DNA of 64,000 bases from contig CM059431.1 of the NCBI GenBank assembly GCA_030390025.1, forward strand, positions 129,582,001 through 129,646,000, written 5' to 3'. This document shows positions 34,410 to 48,650 of this stretch, piece by piece. Each line of letters starts with the position of its first letter. Within the stretch, counting starts at the first letter, position 1. Origin of the DNA: Squalus acanthias (lineage: Eukaryota). The notes under the pieces were generated by a model, which was not told where the DNA came from, searched no databases, and saw only the letters and a program-made list of their open reading frames with translations. A program made the translations under genes and the position numbers.

Positions 34410-36200
34410 CTATCTCTTCCCTAGATTCTTTTAAAATGCGCGGATGTAATCCGTCCGGAACAGGTGTATTATCCTCTTTGAGCTTCATTAGTTTATTTAA
34501 TATATCTCCTCGTTTTATTTTAAATGCAGTCATCACATTACTAATCTCATCATCCAATGTCATCTCCACCTGTTCTATCTCCATGGTAAATACTGAAGCA
34601 AAGTAATTATTTAACATCTCTGCCATCTCTATCACTGCCTGTGGTATTATCCTGTCCATTCCTTAATGGCCCTATTCCCATCCTGACCTTCCTTTTTTTA
34701 TTTACGTGCCTGTAAAATATTTTACTATTTTGTTTTATGTTCCTTAATAATTTAATTTCATAGTTCCTCTTTGCCTTCCTAATTTTTTTTTTACTTTTCC
34801 CTGAATCTCTTTGTATTCTCCCTTATCATGCTCTCCCCTGCTGTCCATGTACTTAATGTATGCCTCTTTCCTTGCCGTCAATTTTTTCCTTATGGCTTTA
34901 TTCATCCACGGTGTCTCATTAGAGTTTAGTTTTTTCTTGTTTTTTAGCGGAATATATTTTTCCTGGACACTGTTGAACACCGTTTTAAATGTTTCCCATT
35001 GCTGTTCTACGTCACTGTTTGCCAATATTGTCTATTTTTTTTCCCAAGTTCTATTCTCAGTCCCTCAAAATCAGCTTTTCTCCAATCTATTACCCTGGTC
35101 TTTGTCATACTTATGTCTTTCTCAATTATTATCTTAAAGTGTATTATATTATGGTCACTATTGCCTAGATGTTCCCCTACTTTTATTTCTCTTATCTGTT
35201 CTGGTTCATTCCCTATTACTAGATCCAATAGCGAATCCTCCCTTGTTGGGCTTTTTACATATTGGGTTAGAAAGAAGTCCTGTACACATTGTAGGAACTC
35301 CATTTCCTTATCCCCTTTACCTACCTCTTCTGTCCAATTAATATCAGGGTAGTTGAAATCCCCCATGATTATTATTCAATGTTTTTTACTCATTTCCCTA
35401 ATTTGCATATTTCTTCCTTCACCTCCCTTCCACTATTAGGTGGTCTGTAGACTACCCCTAATTCCCACACCATCCCTTTAGCCACGTGTTAATTCTCCTG
35501 ACCTGACTGTTTCTGTACCAATTTGCACGTGGCTCAGGCAATAATCCAGAGATTATTACCCTCGAGGCCCTGCTTTTTAATTTAGCTCCTAACTCCTGAT
35601 ACTCCCTCAGCAGGACCTCCTCCCTGTTCCTACCTAAGTCGTTTGTTCCGACATGGACCACGACAACTGGATTTACCCCCACCCTTTCCAAATTCCTCTC
35701 CAGCAGCCACGAGTCATCCCTTACCCTGGCATCAAGTAGGCAACACACCCTTCAGGATTCTCGTTCTTGGCTGCAGAGGACACTATCTATCCCCCTAATT
35801 ATAGAATCCCCTATCACTACCACATTTCTATTCTGCTCTTCCCCCCTTGGACAGCCTTTTGAGTCATGGTGCCTTGGTTTGCACTATGGCTGTCCTCCCC
35901 GCAGTCTTTCTCCTTGTCCTCACAGGTAGCGAGTACATCGTACCTGTTGGACAGGACCAGTGTCTGTGGGGCCTCCTTCTCAACGTCTCCTAATTCCCTG
36001 CTACCCGGAGCCCTAACAGTCACACCCTCCCTTTCATGAACCTGTGCTTTCCTCTGGGGTGTGACTGTATTCTGGATAAAACTATCCAGAAATTCCTCCC
36101 TGTCCCTTATGTTGGAGTGCCTCTAACTTGTACTCCAGCCCAATGACTCTGAGCCGGAGTGACTGAAGGCAGAGACATTTCCTGCAGATGTGGGAATCCA
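34410..36200 (-). mobile_element. CR1 5' half: ORF1 with SGNH esterase, ORF2 APE endonuclease
   Basis: VVVHVGTND, IISGLLP; VYRPP, MGDFNYPDINW, LDLV, SDH. Confidence 0.85.
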
Positions 36201-37060
36201 GGACAGTCTCACAGTCAAACGATTATTTATAGTTATAGTTTAGAGAGGGAATTTCAGAGCATGGAACCTAAATGGCTGAAGGCACAGCGGCTGGTTTTGA
36301 ACAAAGGTAGATTAAGATGCACAAGAGGCCAGAGTCAGAGAAATAAAGAGATTTGGGGGGAGCCTGCAGGGCTGGAGGAGGTTACAGAGATAGGAAGGGA
36401 CGAGACCATGAGGGGATTTAAACATGAAGATAGGAACTTTACATTAGAGGTCTGTGCTGGTGCTTGGGAGGTATGGAGTGCTTTAACGGTGCATCCTCAA
36501 GAGAACTGTCCTCCTCTTAGGTGTCTTCTTCAGCAGGGTCCATGTACTGAGAAGGCCCTAGAGGGAAGAGAAAAGGAACAAGAATTAAGATGGTACTGAG
36601 AGGGTGGATATTAGCAGGTGATAGACTTGAGAATGCAGCTTGAAGTTATGAGGCTTGCTGAATATTTGCTGAGCTGTTTGCAGACACCTTGCCCAGATAA
36701 TACGCCAGCCTTGATTTCCCTGATGCTCATTGCTTTGCCCAGGCTGCTAATCTCCACTGCTTCATGCTCCATTTGGGTGAGGACCATGAGTTTGGGTACA
36801 TCTCACTAGGTCTTGGTCCTCTCCCTTGCATTATGTATTGTGTTACCCTGTAGAAAAGGTGGGCAAGAGTTAGTGAGTGGCTGTTGTAAAGGTAAGTGGA
36901 GATGTGTAGGGCTTGCGCTTATAGTGCATGTGCTGAGAGCTGGAGAAGAAGCAAGATGAAATGAGGATGGGTAGCTGATAAGTGTTGTTGTTGTTATGAA
37001 TGTCAAGCCAAATGTCTGGAATGTGGTGAGGAAGGAGTGCTGAAAGGAATTGGTAGTTGT
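36200..37060 (-). mobile_element. Degraded L2-like LINE pieces
   Basis: 36230-36450 resembles the L2 3' segments at 21400-21600 and 49790-49990; remainder unresolved. Confidence 0.45.
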
Positions 37061-37061
37061 G

Positions 37062-39800
37062 CATAGAAACATAGAAGATAGGAGCAGGAGTAGGCCATTC
37101 GGCCCCTCGAGCCTGCTCCGCCATTTGATGAGATCATGGCTGATCATCCAAACTCAGTACCCTGTACCTGCCTTCTCCCCATATCCCTTGATACCTTTAC
37201 CTTTATGAAATATATCTAACTCATTCTTGAATATATTTAATGACTTGGCCTCAACTAACTTCTGTGGTAGAGAATTCCACAGGTTCACCACTCTCTGGGT
37301 GAAGAAATACTTCCTCATTTCTGTCTTAAATGGCTTACCCCTTATCCTTAGATTATGACCCCTGGTTCTGGACTCTCCGACCATCGGGAACATTCTTCCT
37401 GCATCTAGTGTGTCCAGACCTGTCAGAATTTTATATGTTTCGATGAGATCCCCTCTCATTCTTCTATACTCCAGCGAGTATAAGCCTAATCGACCCAATC
37501 TCTCCTCCTTTGTCATTCCTGCCATCCCAGGTATCAGCCTTGTGAATCTTCGCTGAACTCCTTCCATGGCAAGAACATCCTTCCTCAGATAAGGCGACCA
37601 AAACTTCACACAGTACTCAAGGTGTGGTCTCACCAAGGCCCTGTACAACTGCAGCAGGATATCCCTGTTCCTATACTCAAACCCTTTCGCTATGAAGGCC
37701 AACATACCATTTGCCTTCTTCACCGCCTGCTGCACCTGCATGCTTACCTTCAGTGACTGGTGCACAAGGACACCAAGGTCTCGTTGCACTTCCCCTTCTC
37801 CCAATCTATTGCCATTCAGATAATAGTCTGCCTTTCTGTTTTTGACACCAAAGTGGATAACCTCGCATTTATCCATGTTATATTGCATCTGCCATGCTTC
37901 TGCCCAATCACCCAACCTGTCCAAATCATCCTGGAGTTTCTCGGTATCCTCCTCGCAGCACACACGCCCACCCAGCTTTGTGTCGTCTGCAAACTTGGAG
38001 ATATTACATTTAGTTCCCTTATCTAGATCATTAATGTATATTGTGAATAGCTGGGGTCCAAGGACCGATCCCTGTGGTACCCCACTAGTCACTGCCTGCC
38101 ACTTGGAAAAAGACCCATTAATTCCTACTCTCTGCTTTCTGTCCGCCAACCAGTTCTCTATCCAAGTCAATACCTTGCCCCCAATCCCATGTGCCTTAAC
38201 TTTACACGCTAATCTCTTATGCGGGACCTTATCGAAAGCCTTTTGAAAATCCAAATACACCACATCTACTGGTTCTCCCTTATCTATTTTCCCAGTTACA
38301 TCCTCAAAAAATTCCAGTAGTCAAGCACGATTTACCTTTTGTAAATCCATGTTGACTTTGTCCGATCCTGTCACTGTTTTTCAAGCGCTCAGCTATTACA
38401 TCCTTTATAATGGACTCTAGCATTTTCCCCACTACCGATGTCAGGCTTACCAGTCTGTAATTCCCCACTTTCTCTCTACCACCCTTTTTGAACAGTGGGG
38501 TAACATTAGCTACCCTTCAATCCATGGGTATAGTTCCAGATTCCATCGAATGTTGGAAGATGATCAGCAATGCATCTACTATTTCTAGGGCCACTTCCTT
38601 AAGTACCCTAGGATGTAGATTATCAGGCCCTGGGGATTTATTGGCCTTCAATCCCGTCAATTTCCCTAACACCATTTCCCTGCAAATACTGATTTCTTTC
38701 AGTTCCTCCCTTTCATCAGACCCTATGTTCTCCAACATCTCTGGGAGGTTATTTGTGTCCTTTGTGAAGACAGAACCAAAATATGCATTTAATTGGTCTG
38801 CCATTTCTTTGTTCCCCATTATAACTTCCCCCGCTTCTGACTGCAAGGGACCTACACTTGATTTCACTAATCTTTTTCTCTTCACATATCTATAAAAGCT
38901 CTTACAGTCCGTTTTTATGTTCCCTGCAAGCTTACTTTCATATTCTATTTTCCCCTTCTTAATTAATCCCTTTGTCCTCCTTTGTTGAATCCTAAACTGT
39001 TCCCAATCCTCAGGGTTACCGCTTTTTCTGGCCAATTTATATGCCCTCTCCTTGAATCTTATGCTATCCCTAATTTCCCTTGTTAGCCACGGTTGAGTCA
39101 CCCTTTTTGTTTTATTCTTATGCCACACTGGGATGAACAAATTCTGTAGTTCATCCATGCAGTCTTTGAATGTTTGCCATTGCCTATCCACCGTCAACCC
39201 TTTGAGTGACATTCCCCAATTAATCCTACCCAATTCGCGCCTCATACCATCGTAGTTTCCTTTATTTAAATTCAGGACCCTAGTCTCTGATTCAACTACT
39301 TCACTCTCCATCCTAATGAAGAATTCTATCATATTATGATCACTCTGACCCAAGGGGACTCGTACAACAAGATTGCTAATTAATCCTTTCTCGTTACATA
39401 ATACCCAGTCTAAGATGGCCTGATCTCTGGTTGGTTCCTCGACATATTGTTCCAGAAAACCATCCCGTAAACATTCTAGGAATTATTCCGCCACAGTATT
39501 TTTACTAATTTGGTTAGCCCAATCTATATGTAAATTAAAGTCACCCATGATGACTGCTGTGCCCTTACTGCATGCTTCTCTAATTTCCCTTTTAATGCCG
39601 TCCCCAACCTCCGTATTACTGTTTGGAGGTCTATATACCACTCCCACTAACGTTTTCTGCCCCTTGTTATTTTTCAGTTCCACCCATACAGATTCCGCAT
39701 CATCAGAGCTAATATCCTTCCTTTCAATTGTGTTAATCCCCTCTTTAACCAGCAATGCTACCCCACCTCCCTTTCTTTTTTGCCTATCTTTCCTAATCAT
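37062..39800 (-). mobile_element. Young CR1 LINE, 5'-truncated ORF2 (EN+RT) with few lesions
   Basis: GVVYRPP, MGDFN, SDHNMIEF, YLDFQKAFDKVPH, FADD; (TTCTATG)n tail. Confidence 0.95.
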
Positions 39801-40230
39801 TTACAATGTCAGCTAGCATGGATGCCAGGAAGAGAGATTGGTTGATCAGCAGTTTTATGGGAATGGGGACAAGAGGGCAGGAGATGGATGTCATGGACAA
39901 GATGGGCTTAGAGAGGCATGGGCCAAGATAAGAGAGAAACTAGATCAGGGCTAGGACAGGTCTGGGGCAGGGTGAGCCTGAGGGGTGGTTTGTCTTGGTG
40001 GACAAGGAGAAGGAACAAAAGCAGCAGAGGCAGCTGAATGGCTGATCTCAATCTTAGTGACAAAGAAGTCCAAACTCTTTGCGCTTGTGGTTGGAGGTGA
40101 GACAGGGGGAACGGGTTCAAGTAGATGTTTGACATTGAAGAAAATAAGCCAGGTTTTATCTTCGCTCTCCTGGAATAGTGGGCAATTTTGGCTGTGGAGA
40201 GTGAAGCCTGATAGTGCTTGATGTGGTCTA
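39801..40230 (-). mobile_element. Degraded L2 ORF2 fragment
   Basis: DFFVTKIEI-type segment of L2 ORF2. Confidence 0.55.
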
Positions 40231-42301
40231 ACCAAATCTGGTGATGGATGGCTAAACCAAGTGTACGCCAGATACGCTCAACTGTGCATCCCTTGGACTT
40301 GATTCAGATCTTGCTCATACAAATTCACTCAAAAACATAGCTAAAATGACAAGCAGATTGTTTCCACAGAAGAATGAATACTTAAGTGTATCGTTTAGCA
40401 CTGTTATAAATAGATGAGTTTCTATCCCGTTGTGACACATGAGATGCATTGCATGATACTACATGCATGCAATTAAACATACTTAAAAGAAAATTGCTAA
40501 TTGCCCACATCAAGCTGAAAATAATTTAATCAGTTTGATCAGAGGTGAGCTCATTTATTTTTGTGCTTCTGAAGTAACACTACCCATACTTTATTTCAAA
40601 TAGTACTGTGCGAAAGCTTTCATATTGCCGGCATGGGCTGGTTGGGCCGAATGGCCTGTTTCTGTGCCATTTATCCTAGGTAATATTAGAGTCACCAAGT
40701 GGTTAAATATTGCTTGGTCATTTAGTATCACTGTATTCACAGTGCTACAAATCCATCACATTCAACCCTGAGCTCAGAATAAATACTGCTGTATTCACCA
40801 GTAAGTATATGATTCACAGTAATTAATATTTAAAATGTCAGATGACTTTACCAATGAATCAGATTCGTCCTTGCCTCAAACTGAGTACAGCACTGTGAAA
40901 ACTATACTGTTACCACTGTCAGGTTAAGTTTCTAGTTGCCATTGTGATGCTTGGCAAGTCAAATATTTTTAAGACAAGCTGTATTTGATGCCAAACTACT
41001 GTGGGTTTTTTCATCATTTACTTAAATAAAAATCTAATTTCATCCTTCATCTATTTTAATAATGTTAAACCATATTTATTAATAATAATAATAAACCATA
41101 TTTATCTTCAGGTTCTAATTACTGCCATTTTAACAATATTTGCAAACAATTCTACCTTGTATTTTCTTATTACTTCAAGTTACCCCCACCTGAGTCATCC
41201 CAGATATACATTTGAATTACCTTTCACACTTTTAATTAAGATCATACTTAGGGAATCTGCTTCCTATTGATTGTTCTTTTACCTAATTTGGTAAATTTAA
41301 CATCCAGTTCTTGAGACATCGACCTTTGTGCAACAAAATGGAGCTGGACTCCAGGGACTAACTCCTGAAATGATATTCCACTGTTCCGTGCATGCACAGG
41401 ACCCTTCTGCTAGCACTGTGAGCTTTTGAGCACTGTGTATACATAGTAAACCTGCTGGAAATCTGATGCTGAGCTGGTTCCATGTGTCAGGGTGCTTATG
41501 TCATGATACCACTTTACATTATGACCTAAAGACGCTGGCATGCTGAACTGGATCAGCATGTTTACAAGATGAACAGGGAGCTCTAAATTTTGCTAGCCGA
41601 TCAGAAAACCAGAAAAAACTGGAGCCTCACTGGCATTGGTAATTTTATTTTTTGGTGGTGCCATCAACTGTGCATATGTGTCTGGAGTTGAAGACAATAC
41701 TGCAGAGTAAAATCACCTTTATAGTCAAGGTTCTTACTGACATGTACAACTACCAACACTATTAAAAATAATGTAGCTAATTTGAGAGTACCTGCTGTAT
41801 TTTAAATAAATATAAATCAGCTCAAGTTATATATAGACTAGTTAATATCCTGTGGCATTGCACAGGGTGTGGGGGGATTAAGACTAAGGTAAAGGGAGGT
41901 TAGCAGTTGGTGGATCTTGGAACCAGGGCATTTTAATAAAATATTTCTCTGCAGTACAGGCTGAGCAGCAGGGAGGCATCAAACTGAAATGCTACAGCAG
42001 CACCACTGTGGGAGGGTGTAATTTTAGTGCGACAAGTTTAGAATTGGCAGTTTCCGTTATAAATATGGACACAAAATTTTACAATGGGAAAAGTTGACAA
42101 AAGTGTGACAAAAACATGACAACAGGAAGGAAGGTAATGTAGACAGGAAGTGCACACAGATGTAAGATTTTTACTATATTATAGATGATATGGGATAAGT
42201 ACAAGGATGTATGCTGTCCTGAGTATTTAGCCAAAATGTCAAGTTATCTACACGTCGGTCATTTAGCACTTCTATTATTTTTGCTTTAAATAAATTATAT
42301 T

Positions 42302-43040
42302 GGGTCGTATTTTGCGACCCCTACGAGTGCGTACGAGGTGTGTACGCGCCCGTAGGGGCCGCGCAAGTTCCGGGTTTAGGCATGCGAAGCACATGCGCTA
42401 AAACCCGGCACTTGCGATCTGCCAAGAATTCTCTTGACAGATCCTCCGCATCCCCAGGAGATGGGCCTCTGGGGGTGGAGAGTTGCGTTATTTGCACAAC
42501 TTCCGCCTGCTGAATGCCTGTCAAATTCTTACATTTGGTAAAAGCTTTTACCAGCATAAGAGTTTTAAAAAATAGAAAAATAAAATTTTATCACTCATTT
42601 ATAAATTAAAAATAGTCTTCAATAAGGTAAGTTTATTTTTAGCCCCATAAAAACATATATCTTTTTCAAAAAATTAAATTTTTGTTTAAAATATTTAATT
42701 AAATGGCATATTAATTAATTTAAAATATGTAATTTAAAAAAAAATTATTTCATGTGTTGGTGTATTTTTTAAGTGATCCCCACTCATACTTATGGGGTTT
42801 CTGTACGTACGGAACTCCAAAAAGTATGAATGGGGATTCCCTTCTTTTATTGGTTGGGCCGGCCCACGTGATCCCAGGGGCGCCTGTGTCCCTGGGATAT
42901 GTGGGCCTCTGCCCGCGCGGACCCAGAGAGGCCCAGGATCTCAAGCCTCTGTATCTCCCGGGCCACCAGGTACATTCGTAGAATTTTTGCAGGTCGGAGG
43001 CATCTGTCCGCGGGAAGCCTCCGATCGCAAATGTTGGCCC
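42302..43040. mobile_element. Harbinger-type MITE with AT-rich core
   Basis: TIRs GGGTCGTATTTTGCGA / TCGCAAATGTTGGCCC; flanks ATT/AAT; CpG-rich ends. Confidence 0.75.
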
Positions 43041-43114
43041 AATAATTTTCTTAGCATTTTTGTGCTGTATTTCTAGCACAAGTTAGCATTGTCTGTTCAA
43101 AACAGCACTCATCT

Positions 43115-43460
43115 ACATAGAAACGCTGAATTTACAGCACAGAAGGAGGCCATTTGGCCGATTGCGCCTGTGCCGGTGTTAGCATTTAAACTGGAACTAT
43201 TTACTCTAATTCAATTTCCCTGCATTCTCCACATACCTTTTTATATTCCTTCTTCTAAAATACTTTTTCACTTTTGAATTTTTTTTGTCACTTCCTCAAC
43301 AGTCACCTCTGACACAACATTCCATGTATTAATAACCCTCTGTGTAAAAAATGTCTTCCAACTTCCCCCTTCATTGTTCTCGTGATAATCCTGAGTCAAT
43401 TTTCTCCAGTTACTGAATCACCAATCTATGGAAACAATCTGTTACTATTTAGCCTCTCAG
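43115..43460 (-). mobile_element. Old CR1 3' fragment
   Basis: CATAGAAAC..AGGCCATTTGGCC tail and FTQRVINTWN-type 3' ORF end. Confidence 0.65.
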
Positions 43461-44130
43461 AATTTTTCAGAATTTGGAAAACCTCTATTAGGTCCTACCA
43501 CAACTTTTCTGTTCCAATATTTTTGAAAAAGCTCCAATTTTTTGAGCCATTCCTGGTATAATTCTCGTGAATCACTGTACACTTCCCACATACAAAGTTT
43601 TACTCTCCACTTTTCCCCAACACGTCTAAAATTTTCCACCACAAGTGACATTGGCATATATTGGGCCAGAAATTGATCTGGCTCCGTTCCCGCGGGTGTA
43701 AGAAGCAGGCGCGGTAATACATACCGCGTCTGCCGTTTCTTCTTTTCCACGGAGAAAATTCATCTTCTGGCTGATTGAGTGCAGGGCAGCGTATGACGTC
43801 ACACTGCCCTGCAGCGCAGCGCGCGCGTTGCATCGCGTGCGATGTGGAGTGAAGACACGCCCATTAAGGTCTCTTTTCCATAGGCCACGCCCCCGATTTT
43901 TTTCTCCACTGAAACCATTGTACAGCTGCTGAAGACAGTTTTCTCACTGTTTTAGGTGGAATTTGCAGTAAGTAGGATTTAAATGCATGGTTTTGTAAAC
44001 TTTTAAAGATTTTTAGTATAATTTGAGTAATGTTAAACATTTGCAAAGAGATTTAAAGTAATTTAAATAGTTTTAAAAGCACAGAAATCATTTTTTCAGA
44101 GATTTAACTGTTTATAATCAGCAAACGAAA

Positions 44131-44382
44131 ATGGCTGCTATCAGCACTATCCAATTTATCAAAAGAACACAGAATTTCAGTGATGATGATCTCCGTACAC
44201 TTCTTGACGAGGTAGAATCGAAACGTTCACGGATAATTGGAACTCAGAAGTCCAAGCCGCCGCGAAAAGGCCAAATGGCAGCGTGGAAAGAGGTTGCTCA
44301 AAGTGTGAGCGCAACCTCGACCATTCCACGTACAGCTGAGCAATGTCGCAAAAAATTCAGCGATTTATATCGAACGCTGAAG
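44131..44382 (+). pseudogene. Myb/SANT-like exon 1 of Harbinger 4
   Basis: NFSDDDLRTLLDEV..AWKEVA..RTAEQCRKKFSDL; donor AAG|GTTTGT. Confidence 0.85.
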
Positions 44383-45288
44383 GTTTGTATAGTTATAACA
44401 AAAGTCAATGTTAAAATGTCTTAACATTTAAAATGAAAAGCCTTGAAAAAGTGTTTGTTTGCTAAGCTGAGTTAACTGAAGTCACAAGATGCTCCCATAA
44501 ATTTTTATGGCTTTTGTAGCCAGGCAAGTCTCATAAAATGCTAATGTCATCTTGATTGAAATGCTTTGAGTTGCTTACTGAGTCCTCTTGAAGGACTGTT
44601 GCAGAAACCCAATGTGGAAGTGCAGCTTAGTAAAATGAGTCTCTTGAAGGACTCATGCGAATAATTTCTGCTGCAATTACTGTGACTCCATCAGAACCAA
44701 CCTTACCTGCTCCCAGCGCAGAATCAGTGCAGGTCCAAGAGCCACCAACGATGATGCAATCAAGAAAGCGCAAGAGACGTTAGGGTGTTGCATGTTCCAC
44801 AATGCACATCCATTGACCCTCAGGAATAGTTTATTTGTGGTTAAATTTTTCAAGTGTTTAATTTTTAGTTTTATTTAAAACTTACATGTTTACATTTTTC
44901 TTTATTTATATATATATTTGACACTGAAACTGAAAGTTAGCTTTTCATTGAAAAAGTACAGCCTTTAGTCACTTTATAAAAATTCAAATTGTTTATTTTC
45001 ACAAAAAAATTGAACATTTAAACTTGTTTACATTTAGGAAAGAGTTATTTCCCATCTTGAATGTCTTTACTGCATTAACGAAGCAAAAAAGTTACTGAGA
45101 ACTGTTAACAAATTTTTAAAAAACCTATTTCTGTTTACGATTGTTTACAAAGTTGAAAAGTAGCTAGTTAACATTGAAAAGTTATAAACTATGTAAAGCA
45201 ACAATGAACCTCAGAAGTCTGTAATGCTGCAATAAAAGAGCACTGTTTCACTTTAAATTGTGTCTGTACCTTTATTTGCCTTGCTGGT

Positions 45289-45538
45289 GGAGAGGGAGGG
45301 GGAGGGGGAGAGGGAGGGGGAGAGGGAGGGGGAGAGGGGAGGGGGAGAGGGAGGGGGAGAGGGAGGGGGAGGGGGAGGGGGAGAGGGAGGGGGAGAGGGA
45401 GAGGGAGGGGGAGAGGGAGAGGGAGGGGGAGAGGGAGGGGGAGAGGGAGAGGGAGGGGGAGAGGGAGAGGGAGGGGAGAGGGAGGGGAGGGGGAGAGGGA
45501 GAGGGAGGGGGAGGGGGAGGGGGGAGGGGGAGAGGGAG
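45289..45538. repeat. Pure-purine (GAGGGG/GAGGGA)n microsatellite
   Basis: ~250 bp of G/A hexamers. Confidence 0.97.
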
Positions 45539-45551
45539 GTACAAGGCGACA

Positions 45552-46025
45552 CTACCTCGTGAAGGTGTTGGCTACCAGCTGCTCCCGAGCAGCCTTACTT
45601 TGAGCAGCAGTTGGCTCTTCCCCATCATGCCTTCCCACAGGCACATTGGCATTGTCCACGTCCTCCATTTCTGCAGGTAGTTCATCTGCAGCGTTAAGGG
45701 TCAGTCCTTCCTGCAGGGCAAAGTTATGCAAAGCACAACAGGCCACCACAATCTTTGCCACTTTCTGAGGAGAATACTGCAAGGTCCCCCCTGACCTGTC
45801 CAGGCACCGGAAGCGTGATTTCAGAACTCCAATTGTCCTCTCCACCACTTGCCGTGTGGACACGTGTGCCTGGTTGTATCTCTCCTGAGCCTCATTATTG
45901 GTCTTGCGGTAGGGAGTCATCAGCCATGGTCTTAGCGGGTAGCCCTTGTCGCCCAATATCCATGCGGATCCTGGAGGCAATGCGTTGAGGACGCCATATA
46001 AGTCAGAGTTACGGAGGACGATTGC
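45552..46025 (-). pseudogene. Harbinger 4 transposase C-terminal half
   Basis: [45 protein letters not shown]; first catalytic Asp region missing. Confidence 0.9.
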
Positions 46026-47269
46026 AAAAGGGCATCTTTCTCTCACACAGGCTTCCTCCTCAAAATGAAAGTTGTAATGAAAAAATGGAAATAGTTGTTA
46101 AAGTAACTTTAGTTAAGTGAGTGGCTATAAAATCAGGTCAGGCTATGGTGGGACACGTGCGCTATCAGCTTGGGAACACATCTACCCGCCACACGGCCCT
46201 AGCTGATTTTCCAAAACTGTAACATTTTCATAAATTCATACATACATACATACATACTTACTTACTTACTCATTTTCATCTTTAAAACTTTTTGAAACGT
46301 AAACAGTTCATTTTTAAACTTTCATTTTCACAGATAGATACCTAAATATGCCTTGTACACACCCACAGTTGCTATACTACTCCAAATGGTCAAAACCCGT
46401 TATAAATTTTTTTTTAAAAAACTCTTAACTTATATAAGACTTCATTTAAAACTTTTGTGTCTTTCAGATTTAAAAAACTCACCTCAGTAGCCACACTCCA
46501 AAAGGATTTCTTCCTCCTACTATCTCGGTAAATGTATAAATGGCTGCTGCTCCTGGTTTTAAAATGTGTAACTGCTAGGAGCTTACACACACTACTCTCA
46601 TTCACAAAATACATCAATTTTCCGACGCACGCGCAGAATCACCAGCCCACGCGATTACTCGCATATCCATGAAACTGACCAGACATGAAGTGCCGGTTTT
46701 CAGCGCATGCGCAGTGCATGCAGAAAACCGGCAATTGCAGAGGGAATACGCGAGTGTCCGCAGTGCGTACTCTCGCGCACCAGGATGAATTTTTGGGCCA
46801 ATGCGTACACCTAAATATGGGTGTATGTTCTATAATTACACACAAATGACTGGAATATGACATATGTCCTGTTATTTGCATTTTGCAACACTGGCCACAA
46901 AGGATTTATTGTGTCCCTGGTATTCAGCATTGCTACAAGCAAAGAGAATTAAGTTGATTCTGCGATATCAATTCAATTCCCCACCCTGTGATTTGATTTT
47001 TATTTAATTTCCCACCTCTTCGGCTGCCCCATAGGCCACCAGCCGCATTACATTGTGACAGACTCCCTAGGTCTTCCACAGCTAATCTCCACTCTCCCCA
47101 CCTCTCCCCCCTACCTTCCTGGTGAACTGAACAGTGGAAGTCAATCACTTCAATTACGCAAAATAGCCTGACCCTAGAAAATCAACCGTAGTCAGAGCAA
47201 GCGGAACTTCCACCCTATCAAAGCTAAGATTCCGCAATTTACCCATTACTGAGCTAAGACTAATTTCTA

Positions 47270-48650
47270 ATTTCCTAGCTTACCCTTTTCCCATTTCTTG
47301 AACAGGGGTGTAACATTTTCCACTCACCAGTCCTTTGGTATAATTCCTGTTTGCAAAGAAAATTATGGTTAGTGCCGCGTGACTCCAATATCTCAACCCC
47401 AACCTCCTTCATTATTCTGGAATGCATACAATCTAGACCTGGTGACTCTTCTAATTTTAGTTCCTATAAGTGGCCCCATCGCTGCCTTAATATTTTAAAT
47501 ATTAAAACAGTGCTCTATTTACCCTCTCATTAACAACATTGGTACCAGTTTGGTTTAGGTGAAGCCCATACTCGTGGAGAGTTTCCCCCTGCCCCATAAC
47601 TCATCCCATTGCCTAGAAACATGAAGCTCTCCCTTCTACACCTTCTACCTAGCCATACATTAACATCCATAATCTGTCTCTCCCAAAATTTGTCTAACAC
47701 GTGCCTAAAACAGCAATCCTGAGGTTACTACTCTGGATGTCCTGCTTTTTAATCTAACACCTAACTCCTTAAACTTCCATCTTGTTCTTAACTATATTCC
47801 AATGTGAACAACGACTTCAAGGCTACTCACCTTCTCTTTCCGGCGTCTTCACCACCAGTTCAGTTATGTCTAGGGTTGCCAATTATGGTTGGGTGTATTT
47901 CTGGAGGTTTCATCACATGACCTCCCACCTCCAAATGCGCCGCCCCCATCCCCATTGATTGCCGGACACATCCATCTTCGTGACACACCACTTTTCCGTT
48001 CGAATTGGAAAGCACACAAACTCTTCCTTACCTGATGTGAATGGTTTTTGACTGTCAGTCAAGTAGCCTTTTTTCCCATCTCCAATATTTTTATAACTAA
48101 TAAACAGAAGTATTCAAAGAAAATGGGAAAAATCACACCATTTTTTTTTAAATGCCCCGATGATTTTTTTCCACGTTGCTCGCAGCTGTGTCCTGGAGAT
48201 AATCTTTAATTCCTGGCGACTTCAGGACAATTATGGAGGGTTGGCAATCATAGTTATGTCACTTATGCTAGAACTTTGGAAATCATACACCTTTCCAGAC
48301 CCCTAGTTTAAGCTGCAGAAAAGATTATCTATCCTTCTAACGTTAGAATCCTCTATTTCTCGGGGCTATCACTTCTCCCCAGATAAATATTTGCTCCACG
48401 GCATTGTTTGTGATTTTCCTCCCAAGTTACTACCTTCACCTGAGTCACAGGTATTCCGTAACAAACAGACAACTGCAGATCCTCATGAGTTTCCTGCACT
48501 GCCTCTACCTAAGCACTTCTTGCACTACTCCCCCTCCCTGCCAGGACAAATGGTCAGCCAATTCCCTTTCTCTTCATCACTATTCCTCTCTAAATGTTAC
48601 CACCTCTTGCAATAGTTTATTTACTTCAGTAACCTTGTGGTCAAGCAAGT
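47270..48650 (-). mobile_element. Very old CR1 remnants
   Basis: Patchy similarity to 38480-38650 (SPGPD region) and to CR1 ORF1 segments. Confidence 0.45.
47871..48252. mobile_element. hAT-type MITE
   Basis: TIRs TAGGGTTGCCAA / TTGGCAATCATA; perfect 8-bp TSD GTTATGTC (47863-47870, 48253-48260). Confidence 0.9.

Larger units (their letters stand above)
43663..46799 (-). mobile_element. Harbinger 4, distinct AT-rich family, internally deleted
   Basis: TIRs GGGCCAGAAATT / AATTTTTGGGCC; flanks ATT/AAT; convergent Myb and transposase remnants. Confidence 0.8.

Noticed and set aside
40743..40922. Two small AG..GT-bounded open segments as host exons
   Set aside because: Weak acceptors, no recognisable protein, only ~40 bp apart
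45253..45680. GE/PS repeat ORFs
   Set aside because: Microsatellite translation
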